This document shows positions 25,348 through 39,065 of a stretch of 64,000 nt of DNA, in pieces. Below the pieces are notes generated by a model. The model saw only the letters and a program-made list of their open reading frames with translations, was not told the DNA's origin and searched no databases. This stretch comes from Callorhinchus milii (Eukaryota): contig NW_024704742.1 in assembly GCF_018977255.1 (NCBI RefSeq), forward strand, positions 60,328,001 through 60,392,000, in the 5' to 3' direction. The position numbers were made by a program, and so were the translations under genes. Within the stretch, counting starts at the first letter, position 1; every line of letters starts with the position of its first letter.

Positions 25348-25589
25348 CTGCAGCCAGAACATTTATATTGATTAGGCTTCATTAAAATTCTGCTATTTAC
25401 TTATATGGTCTTGGATGTTATTTTGATATTGAGCAAACATTTTTTTGTCCCTGTGAATTATTTGGACATTGATCGTAAGCAAGCAATGTGAATTATGATA
25501 ATTTATATGATTACAGTGTATTTGCTTCCAAAGTTTTAAAAGAAGGCATCAGGGAGCGATTTCAGGATATCTGTCAAGAAATCTTACAG

Positions 25590-25848
25590 GGACTAGGGGT
25601 CATCAATTTAAGATAGTTAGCAAGCAAGCAAGCAAATGAGGAGATTCGGAGAAATGTTTTCACACACATAGTAGTTAGGATATGGAATGCCCTGCCGGGA
25701 GAGATGTTTGAGGCAGACTCCATGTTAGCTTTCAAAAGGGAACTAGATAAATCTCTAAAAAGTAGGAAACTACAGGGGTATGGAGAAACTACAAGTAAAT
25801 GGGACTGAAAGGATTACTCTTAAAAGAGCCAGCATAGACATGATGGAC
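25590..25848 (+). mobile_element. CR1 3' fragment
   Basis: TRGHQFKIV..RRNVFTHIVVRIWNALP..FKRELDK, then 3'UTR. Confidence 0.85.
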
Positions 25849-25849
25849 A

Positions 25850-27297
25850 TAATCATAGAATCATAGAATTATACAGCACAGAAGGAGGTCATTCGGCCCA
25901 TCATGTCTGTGCCGGCTCTTTGAAAAGTGCTATCCAATTCAATTCCACTCCCCCGATCTCTCCCCATAACCCTGTAAACTTGTCCTTCCCAAATATATAT
26001 CTACTTCTCTCTTAAAAGTTGAGAGAACCCTTTCAGACAATGCATTCCAGATATGAACAACTCGCTGTGTGAAAAAAATTCTCCTCACCTTCCCTCTGTT
26101 TCTTTTAACAACTATCTTAAATCGATGTCCTCAGGTTACTGACCCAACTGCCAGTGGAAATAGTTTCTCCTTGTTCATCCTATCGAATCCCCTCATAATT
26201 TTGAAAACTTCTATTAAGTCTCCTCTTAACCTTCTCAGCTCCCAGGAGAATAATCCTAACCTCTCTAGCCTCTACTCATAACTGAAGTCCCTCATTCCTG
26301 GTATCATCCTGATAAATCTCCTTTGCACCTTCTCCAATGCCTTGACATCCTTCCTAAAGTGCGGTGCCCAGAACTGAACACAGTCTCTAGCTGAGGCCAT
26401 GTAGTGTTATATAAAGGTTCATCATAACTTTATGACTTTTGTATTCTATGCCCCTATTTATAAAGACTAGTATCCCATATGCTTTTTTAACAGCTTTATC
26501 TACCTGTCCTGCCACCTTCAAAGATTTACTTATATGCACAACCAGATAATAATAATCCTTGCATTTGATATAGCGCTTTTCACGTCAGGAGGACGTCCCA
26601 AAGCGCTTCACAGAACACACTGTAAAGTGAATTGACTGTATATTTGTGGGCGAACGCGGCAGCCAATTGCACACAGCAATGTCCCACAAACAGTCGTAGA
26701 TTGAAAATGACCAATATAATTATTGTTTTTGGTTTTTTGGAGGGATTATTATTAGGCTCTGTGTGGAGTAAGGAAACTTGCCCAAGGTTTCGCCCTGCCT
26801 GGAATTGAACTCAGGTCTCTCACTTGCAAAGCGAGTGCTCTAACCACTGAGCTACAGGAGTCCACGATCTCTCTGTTTCTTCACCCCTTTAAGATTCTAC
26901 CATCAGCTTATATTGCTTCTTCTCATTCTTCCTCCCAAAATACATCACTTCGCATCTCTCCACATTAAACTTCATCTGCCACGTGTCTGCTTATTTTACC
27001 AGTCTGTCTATTTCCTCTTGCAGTCTGCTGCTATCCTCCTCAATGTTTACTACTTTTCCTAGCTTAGTATCATCTGGGAAAGTTTGAAATTGTACTCCCT
27101 ATACCCAAGACCAGATCATTTATATAGATCAAAAACAGCAGTGGTCGCAATACTGACCCCTGGGAGACACCACTGCACACTTCCCTCCAGTCAGAGAAAC
27201 AACCGTTCCCCAACACTCTCTGCTTTCTGTCTACCAAGAAGTTCTGTATCTATGCTGCCACTGTCCCTTTAATATGGTGGGCTTCTATTTTGCTTAC
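25850..27297 (-). mobile_element. CR1 LINE 3' ~1.1 kb, interrupted by a SINE at 26546-26865
   Basis: atcatagaatcatagaa tail; reverse strand encodes SGVSQGS and PDDTKL (RT motifs) and LRGDLIEVFKIM. Confidence 0.9.
26546..26865 (-). mobile_element. SINE family A, short young form, nested in CR1
   Basis: Full head, body and tail; GAT duplicated at both flanks. Confidence 0.92.
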
Positions 27298-29228
27298 AAG
27301 GATAACAATTGTTTCTAAAATTATTTGATATTTTAATTAATATATGTATATGTTATAATGATAATGATCTTTATATTTGATATAGCAGCTTATCACATCG
27401 GCAAGATGTGTCAAATAAAATTGGTCATTTACTTCATGACTCTTTGTGGAAGATTACAGCAAGCAAAATGGCTGCTGGGTTAACTCATAAAATACACATT
27501 ATATCCTGTGAAGTGCTTTGAGAAATAAAAGAATTATTATTTTAAATTTGCTACCAAATTCACATTTTCCTATTTGAAAGACACTATATCAAATGCAAGG
27601 TTTGTTAATTATTTTAAGTCTTTACTGTTCCATTTATATACTATTTTCAAATAGTACGATGTTATATTTAATGTCACCTGAAGAGGCACTTTAAATAAGA
27701 GGCAAAGTACTGCAGATGCTGGAAATCTGATATAAGCACAGAAGTCGCTGGGAACAAGTAGCAGGTCAGGCAGCATCCATGGAGAGATGAAAATTAGTTA
27801 ACATTTCAAGTCAATGACCTTTTGTCAGAACTGGCACTTTTAATATCTCATGTCTGAAAGAGAGCACCTCAATGCAGTATTCCCCCTACACCACACTGGA
27901 GCATCAACCTACATTAAGAGCTTGAAGTCCCCTTGTGAGGCTCATATCAAATTACGTCAACAAAGATGGATGGGAAATATAACAACAATGCAACATGTAC
28001 CATTTTTTACCTCCGGTGAGATCCGTAGTCTCTGCAGCAATTAAGCCGTGCCCGGAGCTGCCACTAATTACCAGACAGCACTACAAAAGGGCAATTGAAG
28101 CACACAGTCAGTCACCCAGTGGCAATGACAAAGATAGCTGCAACCTTGATGTTGCAAGACAAGTTGGGATTCAGGCAAAGAAATTACCTGGCTATCTCAA
28201 CATAACGTGTCAAGGAGCTCCAATCTACAGACAGGCAATCACAGACGATGTTGCCGGAGGTTACTAAATTTAATTTGTCACTCTTCTCTCTTGCGCAAAA
28301 AGAAGGAAAGAGGCAGGAAGCTGACTGCTTTCTTTCACTCTACATGGCTAGATAACTGGAGAGACCAACAACGCCATTTGAATTAAGGTTGCACCAACCA
28401 TAAACAATGTAGGAGTTTCTCATGGGGGAAGGGGGTGCAGGAAGGGAGGAACTGTTTTCTTCCCACTTGGCTTCAAATAATCACAAAAAACAATTTGCAC
28501 TTATGCTGTATCCTTCACTTAAGATAATAATAATAATCCTTGCATTTGATATAGCGCTTTTCACGTCTTCTAGATGTCTCAAAGTGCTTCACAGAATACG
28601 CTGCAAAGTGAATTAACAGTATATTTGTGGGCGATAATAACTCATAGCACTCTGTCAACCTTCTTTATTTAGAGATGTGAGTGTCAGGCTCACACATAGA
28701 TGGGTGTTTGTTGTGCATCAAGACCAGGATACTTCAGAGAACAAGATTGTAAGGCAAACCAGCTTTCTAGTCAACAATTTTGTTTTTGCTTAAAACAGTA
28801 TAATAGTGAAGCACTCTGGCCCACTGGACACCACACATTGAATAAAATGTTAATGAAGGCTTTGGATTCTAACATAATTGTAGATCTGTTGGTATAACTG
28901 GGTATGAGAACACCTTGCTCTGTTCCTCCTTTTCCATTATATGCAACAGTTACTAAATCAAGATAATAATCCTTCAATGAGGCAATCACTCTCTCAATAT
29001 TGGGGGATGTGCCAAAATACATCAGTTATGTACACAGTAATGTACCATTCAATTACAAGGTGACTGGAAACTCATAAGTAATGATGTAGCTTTGTCTGAA
29101 GTGAGCTCTTGTCAAATAAACCATATTAATGGTTTATTTAGGAACAATAGCTTTCACCATCGCAACCTTAGTTTTGTTGACTCATCTCGAACATGTTAAG
29201 GCCTTATTGTCAGCGTGTGTGAAAAAAA

Positions 29229-29590
29229 ATCCTTGCATTTGATATAACACCTCATCACATTATCGAGATGTCACAATGGACCTCACAGAATTTTCTGCAA
29301 AATATAGTGACTGTATTTTGTTGGTGAACTTGTGAAGAGCAATATCCTATAAACAGCCATGAAGTGACAAATGTCATCTGGGTTTTTTTTTAGCTGAGAA
29401 AAGGGGTAGAAACTCCCTTCTCTTTTTAAAAAGTATCACAAGACATTGTCTAACTGAAAATCTGAACGGGACCTCAGTTCAATGTTTTAACTGAAGAATG
29501 GCACCTTCGACAATATGGCACTTTCCCAACATGAGGCATGAATCCACAACCTTCTAACTCGGAGGTGAAGGTGCAATTAACCAGGCTGAG
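29229..29590 (-). mobile_element. SINE family B, decayed
   Basis: Tail, centre and head remnants. Confidence 0.65.
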
Positions 29591-30612
29591 AAGAGAATAA
29601 GAATAAATATTCTACTGGAGAAAGGGGTGAAAATTGGTGGGTGAAATAATCACATTGATCAAAAATGTGTTGAAAAGTCGACAATACCTATCAACGGATG
29701 GGGGTGAAAGGAAATCTTTATTGAGGCAATAATATGGTATTGAAACAAACAGTCACTCCACTTTACAGTGTATCTTGTGAAGCATTTTGGGACGTCCTCC
29801 TGACATGAAAAAATGCTACACCAAATTTAAGGATTACTTATTATTAATTATTTATTACTGGTGGGAATATCAAAAGTCACATATCCGCATTTTGCTGCAT
29901 TTAAAGAACAGACAATAATCCTTTCATTAAAATGAATGTGGCTAATTAGCACATGATAATGCCTGCTCACCTGAGGATAACACACCATTAGCTCAGCCAT
30001 TCAACTGCAATCATTGTAAGGCACAGGAACTCGAGATAAACCTGATCTTGGCCGTTTGCAGAGACACTGAGCTTGTTTTTAAATAGCTGTCATGAAAGAG
30101 CCTTGAGGGTTAGCACGCAGAAGATATTGGAGAATCATGAGTGGACAGAGACAACAGGGAATGAGTCTCATCACAAGTGGAATGGAGGTACAGTGATAGA
30201 CAACTGGCTGAACATACATCTTAAAAATAATCCTTGCATAATGAATATCTAGCTGTTCATTACAAGATTTTCTTGGTATCTCTCCACCTAGAGATGCCAT
30301 TAGAAATTGATGTTGTTGCGCCTAATAATAATAGATTCATACTCACATCTTCATTTCAAGTCAATCCTTCAGGAAGCCTGAATTTGGCAGATATAACAAA
30401 ATAAAAAGGCTTCATGTCCACATAAAGCTGCGGACATCTGTAGGAAACCATTTAAAGGAAGAAAGGAAAGATTGTATAAGCCTGCTGTCTGATATACTGT
30501 TATTGTTTTGCTGTGTGCAATGTTTAATGCAGTGCCATTTCCTGACATGAATGCAATAATAATAATTACAATGATCCTTCCATTTGTTATAGCACCTTAT
30601 CAAGTTGTTGAG

Positions 30613-30978
30613 ATAATAATAATAATCCTTGCATTTGATATTGCGCCTTATCAGGTTTTCTAGATGTCGCAAAGTGCTTCACAGAATATACTGTAAAGTG
30701 AATTGACTATACTTGTGGGCGAAACAGAGCAGCCAATTGCATACAGCAGTGTCCTACAAACAGTCCTGGATTGAGTGACCAAATTTTTTTTCAGGGATTA
30801 TTACCCCCAGAAAAGCGATCCGCCAATTGACTAACAACTGGGTTCCTACTTACTGCTAGATAAACAGAGGTGTGTGGAGTAAGGAAACTTGCCCAAAGTT
30901 TTTGCCTGCCTGGGAATCGAACCCAAGTCCTCTTGTTTGCAAGACAAATGCCCTAACCGCTAAGCTGCAGGACTCCAC
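30613..30978 (-). mobile_element. SINE family A long form, nested in the tail of an older SINE B (about 30565-31210)
   Basis: Full element; GAGATA at 30610-30615 and 30982-30987; host tail resumes after it. Confidence 0.88.
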
Positions 30979-32024
30979 AAAGAGATAGCTCAAAGCGCTT
31001 CACAAGATTTTACTGTAAAGTGGAGTGACTGCATTTATGGGCCAATTTTCACACAACAATCACCCACTAATAGCTGTGAAGTGAATGATTAATTGTATCT
31101 ATGGGATTGTTGGCTGAGACATTGGAAAGAACTCCCTTCTTTTCTTGAATAGTGCCATGGGATTTTTAACATACATCTTAATAAGCAGACGGGACCTTGA
31201 TTCAGCATGTCATAAATAAATAAAAATTATTGTTCAAGGTTGCGTGGATGTGATTGACATGTTCTGCTTTGCTGCCGAATCACCAACATTTGGTTCCAAT
31301 TTGCAGCATTTCATAACACTGCACAACTAGCATTGAGGCAGTTTCTGCAGGGCGATCTGGTGTACTTCTGGATGTCCTAAGGAGCCCACAATTTGCAAGA
31401 CTCATAATATGCACAGCATATTAAAATCCCTCAAAAAAGAATCCTGCTACAAAATACAATCTCGTCCCCATTGTGGAACTATCAAAGTATAAAATGCTCA
31501 AAGAAAAGACTTTGGAAATGTGCACTGTAAAGTAGCTTCACGTGAGCAAAAGCCATTGCTCAATAAAAGATATAATAGCAATCTCCCTCAGTGTGTTCTT
31601 TGTTTTCTTGCTTCCCAGCTCATTTTCCAATTTAACAGTAAATCTCCTCTTTCCGTTTTGAAAGTCAGTTTTTCAAATCCATTCAGAGGCAGTGATGAAC
31701 AAAATTCATTATGCTGTTTGATCTTTCATTGCCTATTTGCTGCAGAGTCACAAAAACAAAGCCAGAACTAGAAATCTGCCCGAAGTAACATTGTTTATTA
31801 ATGTGCTACCATATATTGTTCATAATATCTATACATAATTTAAATAAAATCATGTCTTGAGATCACAGGACATCATATTTTAATTTAACTCATCCACATG
31901 CAGGTACATGAATTTTTTTCTGTCTGCAAAACACAGTGCGTTTTGTCCTTCTCAGTTTATTTCTCTTGCAGGATATCAAAAAGTTTGGAAACCCTGGGTC
32001 ATCCACAGCAATTTCCCAACATTA

Positions 32025-32600
32025 GTAATAATCCTAATCCTTGCATTTTACATAGTGCTTTATCACGTTATTGAAACTTCTCAAAGTGCTTCACAGAATA
32101 TACTGTAAAGTGATTTGAATATATATTTTTATGAGCAAAATGCAGCAGCCAATTGCATACAACAATGTCCCACAAACAGTTGTGGATTGAGTTACCAATT
32201 TTTTTTGTGGGAGGGATTATTACCCCCAGAAACTGAATCACCAACCAATTAATAACTGGGTTACTACTTACTGCTAGGTAAACAGAGGTGTGTGGAATAA
32301 GGAAACTTGCCTAAGGTTTCGCCCTGCCTAGGAATCGAACCTGGGTCCTCTCTCTTGCAAGGCAAGTTGATTGGTGGATCGCTTTTCTGGGGGTAATAAT
32401 CCCTCAAAAAAAATTGCTTTTAATAATAATTTGGTCACTTAATCCACGACTGTTTGTGGGACACAGCTGTGCGTAATTGGCTGCCGAGTTTTGCCTACAA
32501 GACATACCGTCAATTTACATTACAGTTTATTCTGTGAAATGCTTTGAGACTTTTAGAAGACATGATAAGGCGCTATATCAAATGCAAGTATTATTATTAT
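32025..32600. mobile_element. Fused inverted pair of SINE A long-form copies (- 32025-32367, + 32365-32600)
   Basis: Both have family bodies and tails pointing outward; the junction shares AGT. Confidence 0.85.
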
Positions 32601-33219
32601 AACACCTTGCACATTGGGTGGACATCCCAAACTGCATTCACCATGCTGGAAGGACATCCAAGATGGGGATAGATGTCAAGACAGGTGGGGAGGGGAAAGA
32701 TGACCAAAAGGGCAGTCAAGGAGGTATGTTTTGAGACATGCCTTGAAAGAGGGAAGGGAGTGAATGACTCATAGGGACACCGGTTTGGAGATTCAGAGAA
32801 TGGCTGCAAAATGTCTGGTGCCATTAGCCAGCTAATAGAACCAGGAATAATGTTGGATTCACTCAGTACAGCACTTTGGCGAATCTAGACATTGAACTCG
32901 CATGCCAATGAAGGGCTCCAACACACACTCTTCTCGGCCAGACACAATAAGTTAGTTGATCACAGATAAAGTACCAGTGGTCTCAGTGAATCTGGGCTAG
33001 GGAAAGGAAGTTATTTGGAGTTTGAGATCCATATTGCCATCCATTGACATTTACTATCAAAGACTCGAATATAAAAGTCTCTTATTTGGTATAATTAGCA
33101 AGCTTAGAATTTGTCCCCTCAATGATTATTTCCAATTCATTACTATTCCTGGAAAGCAACTGAGGTTCTTTTACAAATGTCTGGAGTGTGTCACATTCTG
33201 TGTGATAGCAAAGCCACGT

Positions 33220-33510
33220 CAATGGTGGGACTCTCACCACTCAGTCAGAAGGCCGTGGGTTCTGGACTGACTCTCCAGTGCAGTATTGAGGGAGTGCTGC
33301 ATTGTTGAAGGTTCTATCTCTTGGATTAGACATTAAGTCTGCCTGTTCCCTTGGTACTAATTGAAAAGAGGAGGGAGTTTCTGCCTTGGTCCTGTCCAAA
33401 TCCACCAGGTAAAAATGATTATTCACTTGATAGTATTTTGTGGAGTATTACTGTGTGCAAATTGTTTGCTGCATCTGCCTGCAAATACACTGTCACTACA
33501 CTTTACAGTA
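33220..33510 (+). mobile_element. SINE family B, decayed
   Basis: agtcagaaggccgtgggttc..ctccagtgcagtattgagggagtgctgcattg. Confidence 0.7.
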
Positions 33511-35892
33511 AAGCTGAATTTTCATCCCCCATTGTGTTTATTTTTCATGTATATGGCGACGATCCCTTCTATAATGACAGCAATTTTTTTTTTTGGGTTG
33601 TGCTGCATCAAAAAACAAATCTTTTAAAATCTGGAATGGTGGAAATATAGTCAATTCATTTTATAGTATATTCTGTGTAATGCATAGAGATGTCTCAATA
33701 ACAAGATAAGGCGCTATATCAAATACAAGGATTATTATTATTATTATGAACAACTGTGTACTGTAGTCAATGTTTAACTGTCGCTCGACTGTGGAATCAT
33801 AATTTAAATATTTTAATTCTGATCTTTATTGAATTCTATTTTAATTTTATAGTTTTACCTCAGCAAAGAAGCAAAGAAGAAATGACATGTGTTTTGGTTA
33901 ATTCTATCACTTTAGGGACCCTGCTCAATTTAACATATAATTAAATATTTAACATTGATTTGAAATGCATATCTACTCTGTTGCCATGTTCTGCTAGTGA
34001 TTTTGAAGAAGTTACATTAGTGATGTTCTTTAAAATAAACAACTTCTATAATTTAAGGAACCAATGCAGTGGAAGTACCATTTTATAACTTTTTTTTATT
34101 CTTATGGCATATCAGACTAACCTTTCCCTAAATATTTTATTTTGCTATAATTCAACAACACAATTTTCAATTCAATTCAAAGCTAGCACAAGGTAATCTA
34201 AAAGTGGATGTACTTGTTTCTAGTTTATAAATATTAATAATTTGTGGAATCTCATTCATTTGTACTAAGATAATAACAAAATAAAAATGCTCATTTTCTA
34301 GAGCACTTGTCTTCGGCAACTACAAACATTTCAAGGACAGAAATATAGGTTTTCCTTGTAGCACTTTTACAAGTTTAAATATCACCTTTCAGCTGCCCTA
34401 TTTATCCCTTCTCCATTTAGTTCCATGTATCCTTCATTCAGCTGGAGGGTAGGCAGCAAACAGTTTGTGGACAATTCCACGACTTTCAGCACTAATATTG
34501 CCTTTATATGGTGCACTCTAAAAACAGGAACAATGGTAAAGGATTGCTTCCTATCTCTTAAAACTGTGTCTCAGTTATAACTGTAACTTGTTTCCAGTCT
34601 GACAGCCAGGCTCAGTCAGTAGCATTTGTTGAGCGTGAGCATCGTGGATTCGAGCCCTCCTTTGCGATTTGAGCTCACAGTCTAAGCTAACATTTAAGTG
34701 CAGCACTAGGGGATCACTGCATTGTTGCTGATGCCATCTTTCAGATAAGAAATTAAACTAAGGTCTAATTTATCTGTTTTCAGGTGGCTGTTAAAGATTC
34801 CATTACACTATTCATAAAGAGAATATAATAATAATAATCCTTGCATTTGTTATGGAGTCTATAATGTTGAGAATGTATCAAAGTGCTTTACAAAGCACTG
34901 CAAAGTGTTGTGCCTGTGCATTTGGGTATATAATATTTATAATATATTTCACGTAGTCAAACATTTCAACAAATCTGATAGCTCTACGAGTGCAAAGTTT
35001 TAAACGCCCCTCCCTCAAATTTTAAATAATTTCTTCAGATTTAATCTTCACCTTTAGCTACTCTAAATGTGTACAAACTCTGAAGCCAAGAAATAAGGCT
35101 GCTTCTCTATCAATAGAGGGAGGATTGTTTTCATTTGATATCAGACGGCAGCTGAACAAATAGTGCATAGATTCTATCTGCATATATTCAGCCACAGTCG
35201 ACTGATTGTTCTTTTGTTGTTTAACATAATTTGACACTGTCGAGCATCACCCTGTTAGAGTGAACACACAGCTGTCAACAGCCTTCATTTTTTATAGATC
35301 TTTTCGACCGAATGGATCCATCTCAATAACTTGACAGGAAGTTGATTGTCACAGATAAATGCCCCAACATGCAGAAAACAATGGTAAAGTGCAGTCATGA
35401 TAATTTACACTGCATTGGCCATTCACTGAATTATGTTGTGTAGAATGCACTGGAAGAAGACACAGAGATATCAATTAGCAACACCTCCATTCCACTTTCT
35501 TAGAAGTTAAAGCCATTTCTATCCCCCTATGAACACTCCAATTGTTTCAAAAAAGAATCCTGGTAGAGAACATGATAGCTTTAGGGAACCACATTTTAAT
35601 GTTAATTAATATACATGGCACTATAAAGGCTATAATATATAACACATGAATGACTCCGGGAAAAAACAAGAGAGTTTCTCTCGGCATTTGGGCCAACAAT
35701 GGTGCCTTTCACCTCAGGAATGTGTTCCAGGTCCCCGGATAGTCCAGGGTCTGAATCCAAGCTAGGGTATAGGATTCAAGAGGGCTGGAAATAGATCACT
35801 CAAGGCATTTTGTGGGACGTTGTGTACAAATTTGTTGCCAAGTTGGCCTACAAATACAGTCACTACACTTGAAACATTTCAAGTGATAAAAA

Positions 35893-36449
35893 TAATAATA
35901 ATATGATACAGGGCCTTATCATGTCTTTGAGATGTCTCAAAGCAGATCACAGAATATACTGTGAAGTGAATTGATTGTATATTGCAAAATGCGGCCGCCA
36001 GTACGCACAGCAGAGTCCCACAAACAGTCATGGATTGAAGGGACCAATTTATTATTATTTTTTTAAGGAACTAATACAGCCGGGAAAAGCGCTGCTGAGA
36101 GTCAAATCAAGGTCTCTTGCTTGTGAGACGAGTGCTCTAACCACTGAGCTACAGGACTCCACTTAAAGTGGTAAGGTGCTATGTGGGAGAAATTTGTACA
36201 ATTCTATAGCCTAGTGGTTAGAGCACTCGTCTCGTAAGTGAGAAGACCTGGGTTCAATTCCTGGGCGGGGCAAAATATTTGCAAGCTTCTTGTGGCTACT
36301 TGTGGGATACTGCTGTGTGCAATTGGCTCCCGTGCTTTGCACACAAAATATCCAGTCAATTCACTTCACAGTATATTCTGTGAAGCGCTTTGTGATATCT
36401 CGAAGATGTGATAATGCGCTATATCAAATGCAAGGATTATTATGATTAT
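35893..36449. mobile_element. Head-to-head SINE A pair (- 35893-36162, + ~36200-36449), both internally deleted
   Basis: Heads ...gctacaggactccac and ctatagcctagtggttagagcactcg separated by about 40 bp. Confidence 0.8.
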
Positions 36450-36677
36450 AAATTCAACCGAGGTCTATATTTCCCGTTTTACAGCTTCAAAGTCTAAATT
36501 CAATAATTTGCTGAATTCTGATTCTCTAGAATCTAGACTCAGGTGGAATTTTACCCCAAGTCATTTTTAATAAAAGCTCAATCATAACACCATGGAATAT
36601 GTGTTATTGTTTCTCCTCATGTATCCTTTCCTGTATTCTTTCTCGCTTTACACCTTCTCTGCCAACTAAATAAAATA

Positions 36678-37074
36678 TTCCTTACATTTCATATGGTGTT
36701 TTATCAACTGGTCAAGACATCTCAAAGCACTTCAAAGGCTATACTGTAAAGTGGTTTCACTGTGTATTTCGTGTTCAGCAATGTCCCACAGACAGCCATG
36801 GAGCGAGTGACCAATTTTTATTTTGGGGGATTTATTGGCGAGCACACCAGGAGAACCTCCTTTCTCTTTTTGAATAATGCCATGGGATCACTAATGTCCA
36901 CCTGAACAGGCGGAAGGGACCTTGGTTTCACGTCTCATCTGAAGGATATCACCACCGATGATGCAACATATCTCTAACACTCTATTGGAGTGTGATTCCA
37001 TGTCCTGACGTGGGGTTTGAACCGACAACCTTCTGATTCAGAGGAGAGAGTGTTACCAATGAGCCAGGCTGACA
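36678..37074 (-). mobile_element. SINE family B, near full length
   Basis: Ends gagccaggctgacac; central domain well preserved. Confidence 0.85.
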
Positions 37075-38514
37075 CACAAAGAAGTTGATGTGGCAAGCAA
37101 GGGCTAGTGGTTGAAACAGCTAGGTCACTCGGAGTGCCCAATGGCTCTCTTGCTTTCTCTGGGTTTAACTAGAGTATGTAAAAGGAAATGAGCAGCTGCC
37201 AATTATCACTAATTATGGAGAAACTGGTAGAAATCCAACTAGGAACAAAGTCATAGGAATAAAGGAAGATAACAGAAGGAGGCCATTCAGCCCATATAGC
37301 CTGTTTCTCCAGTTTATTACATTTTACCAAATCTTTTAATCCTAAACAGAGATGCTCCACCATAGGTGGGATTGACATTAAAATTCAAGTCAGGATTCTG
37401 CACTGAACTATCCATCCTGTGACATATCTGGCCTGGGAGCTGTTGATATATTAATGTATGCATTCCCTACGTGTTATTCCTCAACCAAAGAATCTGTTCC
37501 AAAGATAGAGGATTTTTTCCAAGTTTACTATCCCCAAATCCTCCAGGTAAATTCATTATTCTGGCTATTCGTGGCACATCGCTGCACAATTTTGCTGTCA
37601 AGTTCTCCCACAAGCACACAGTCACTATATTTAAGAGTAACTAATGCAAAGTGTTTTGAGATATTTCAATATGATACGACTTTATACCAAATGTAAGGAT
37701 TATTATTCAAAGTGCACACAGGGGGCATATTATTCAAATTGACTAAACCACAATGATTTGCTTTAATGATAACAGGATTAACATCCACTGGTTAACCATT
37801 TCACTCACTTTGTCATCATGTCATTTCAGCTATCAGTATCTTGACTAATCAAATTTTCAGAGAAAAGTACATCTGCCAGCAAACATAAATATATTCATCA
37901 TTAAATTGGAGGCCATTCAAATTCATATTTAGTGGAAAACACATCAGTTATCTAATGTTAGTCATCCTTCAATTCAGAGCTTGTTATAATGTTAGCCTCT
38001 TTGATTTTGTCTTGTACATCTCTGAGGTGTTTTCTAATCACAATATTTCTGCTATTATTAATGTAATCTTTTCAGTCCTGCTCACAGAATTGCTTCAGTT
38101 GACCTTTTCAGCAATTCATCTACAAATAGGAAAAGTAATAATATATTCCAGATTTGCTTAATTTTTTATCACATTCATTAATAAAACCATAGTGCATCTC
38201 ATATAAACAATCCAACCACAGGAACATATTTTTGCACCTTTCTTCAAATTGTTCTGTGTACGAGGATAAAACTATCAAATTGAGCAGAAAAAAAGTAAAA
38301 TAACGTAAATTGTAGTGTATAACTGTAGCTGTTTCTTTGCGAAAGAGTGAGTACTTTTGACATTTCACTTTAACTACCCACAGATGTAAATTTAAAACAA
38401 TTGGCACTGCGTAGATCTGTTAGAAATGCTAACTGTGAAATAGCAGTGAAAATGTAGCCTCCACTAAAAATCAGAATTCATATTCAGCATTTTAAATAAG
38501 ATAAAACTAATACA

Positions 38515-39065
38515 GTACAATTTTACCTGTATGTAGTGCCTTTCATGTTGGTAGGATGTCCCAAGGTGCTTAAACAGTCCTGGCTTGGTCCCCAAGCTGA
38601 GGGTAGGAGTCGATATGGGTGGGGAGAGGAAAGAAGACCAAAAATGCGGTTGAAGAGGAAGATCTTGAGGCATACCTTGAAGTAGTTGAGGGAAGCAAGT
38701 CAGATGGTTCCATAGAGTGGCCACAAATAGGTGAAAAGACCGACCACCAATGGTGGGGCGGGTATGGCAGAGGACATTAACCAAGCATTGATCAAAGAGA
38801 ATGGCTGGTTTGGTACGGTAATACCTCCATTCCAGGGAAAAAAGATGGATATCTGTGAAATGTTATGGTTGCCTCTTGCTTTGTACTTCATAAATTGTTA
38901 CATTTTGTTACTCCAAGGCTCAACATTCAACTACTGATTTGTGCAACGAGGAAGATGGGGGATATGAAGCTGGCTGAGTGAAGGGAATGGCTGGGTTGGT
39001 ATGGTTTGAGGAGATTGCAGAGTTAGGGTGGAGCATGACCTTGGAGGGATTTGAAGGTGAATAAA
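38515..39065 (-). mobile_element. Old L2 3' fragment(s)
   Basis: Reverse strand has TIGGRSFHLFVATLWNHL and an L2 tail stem-loop remnant. Confidence 0.7.
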
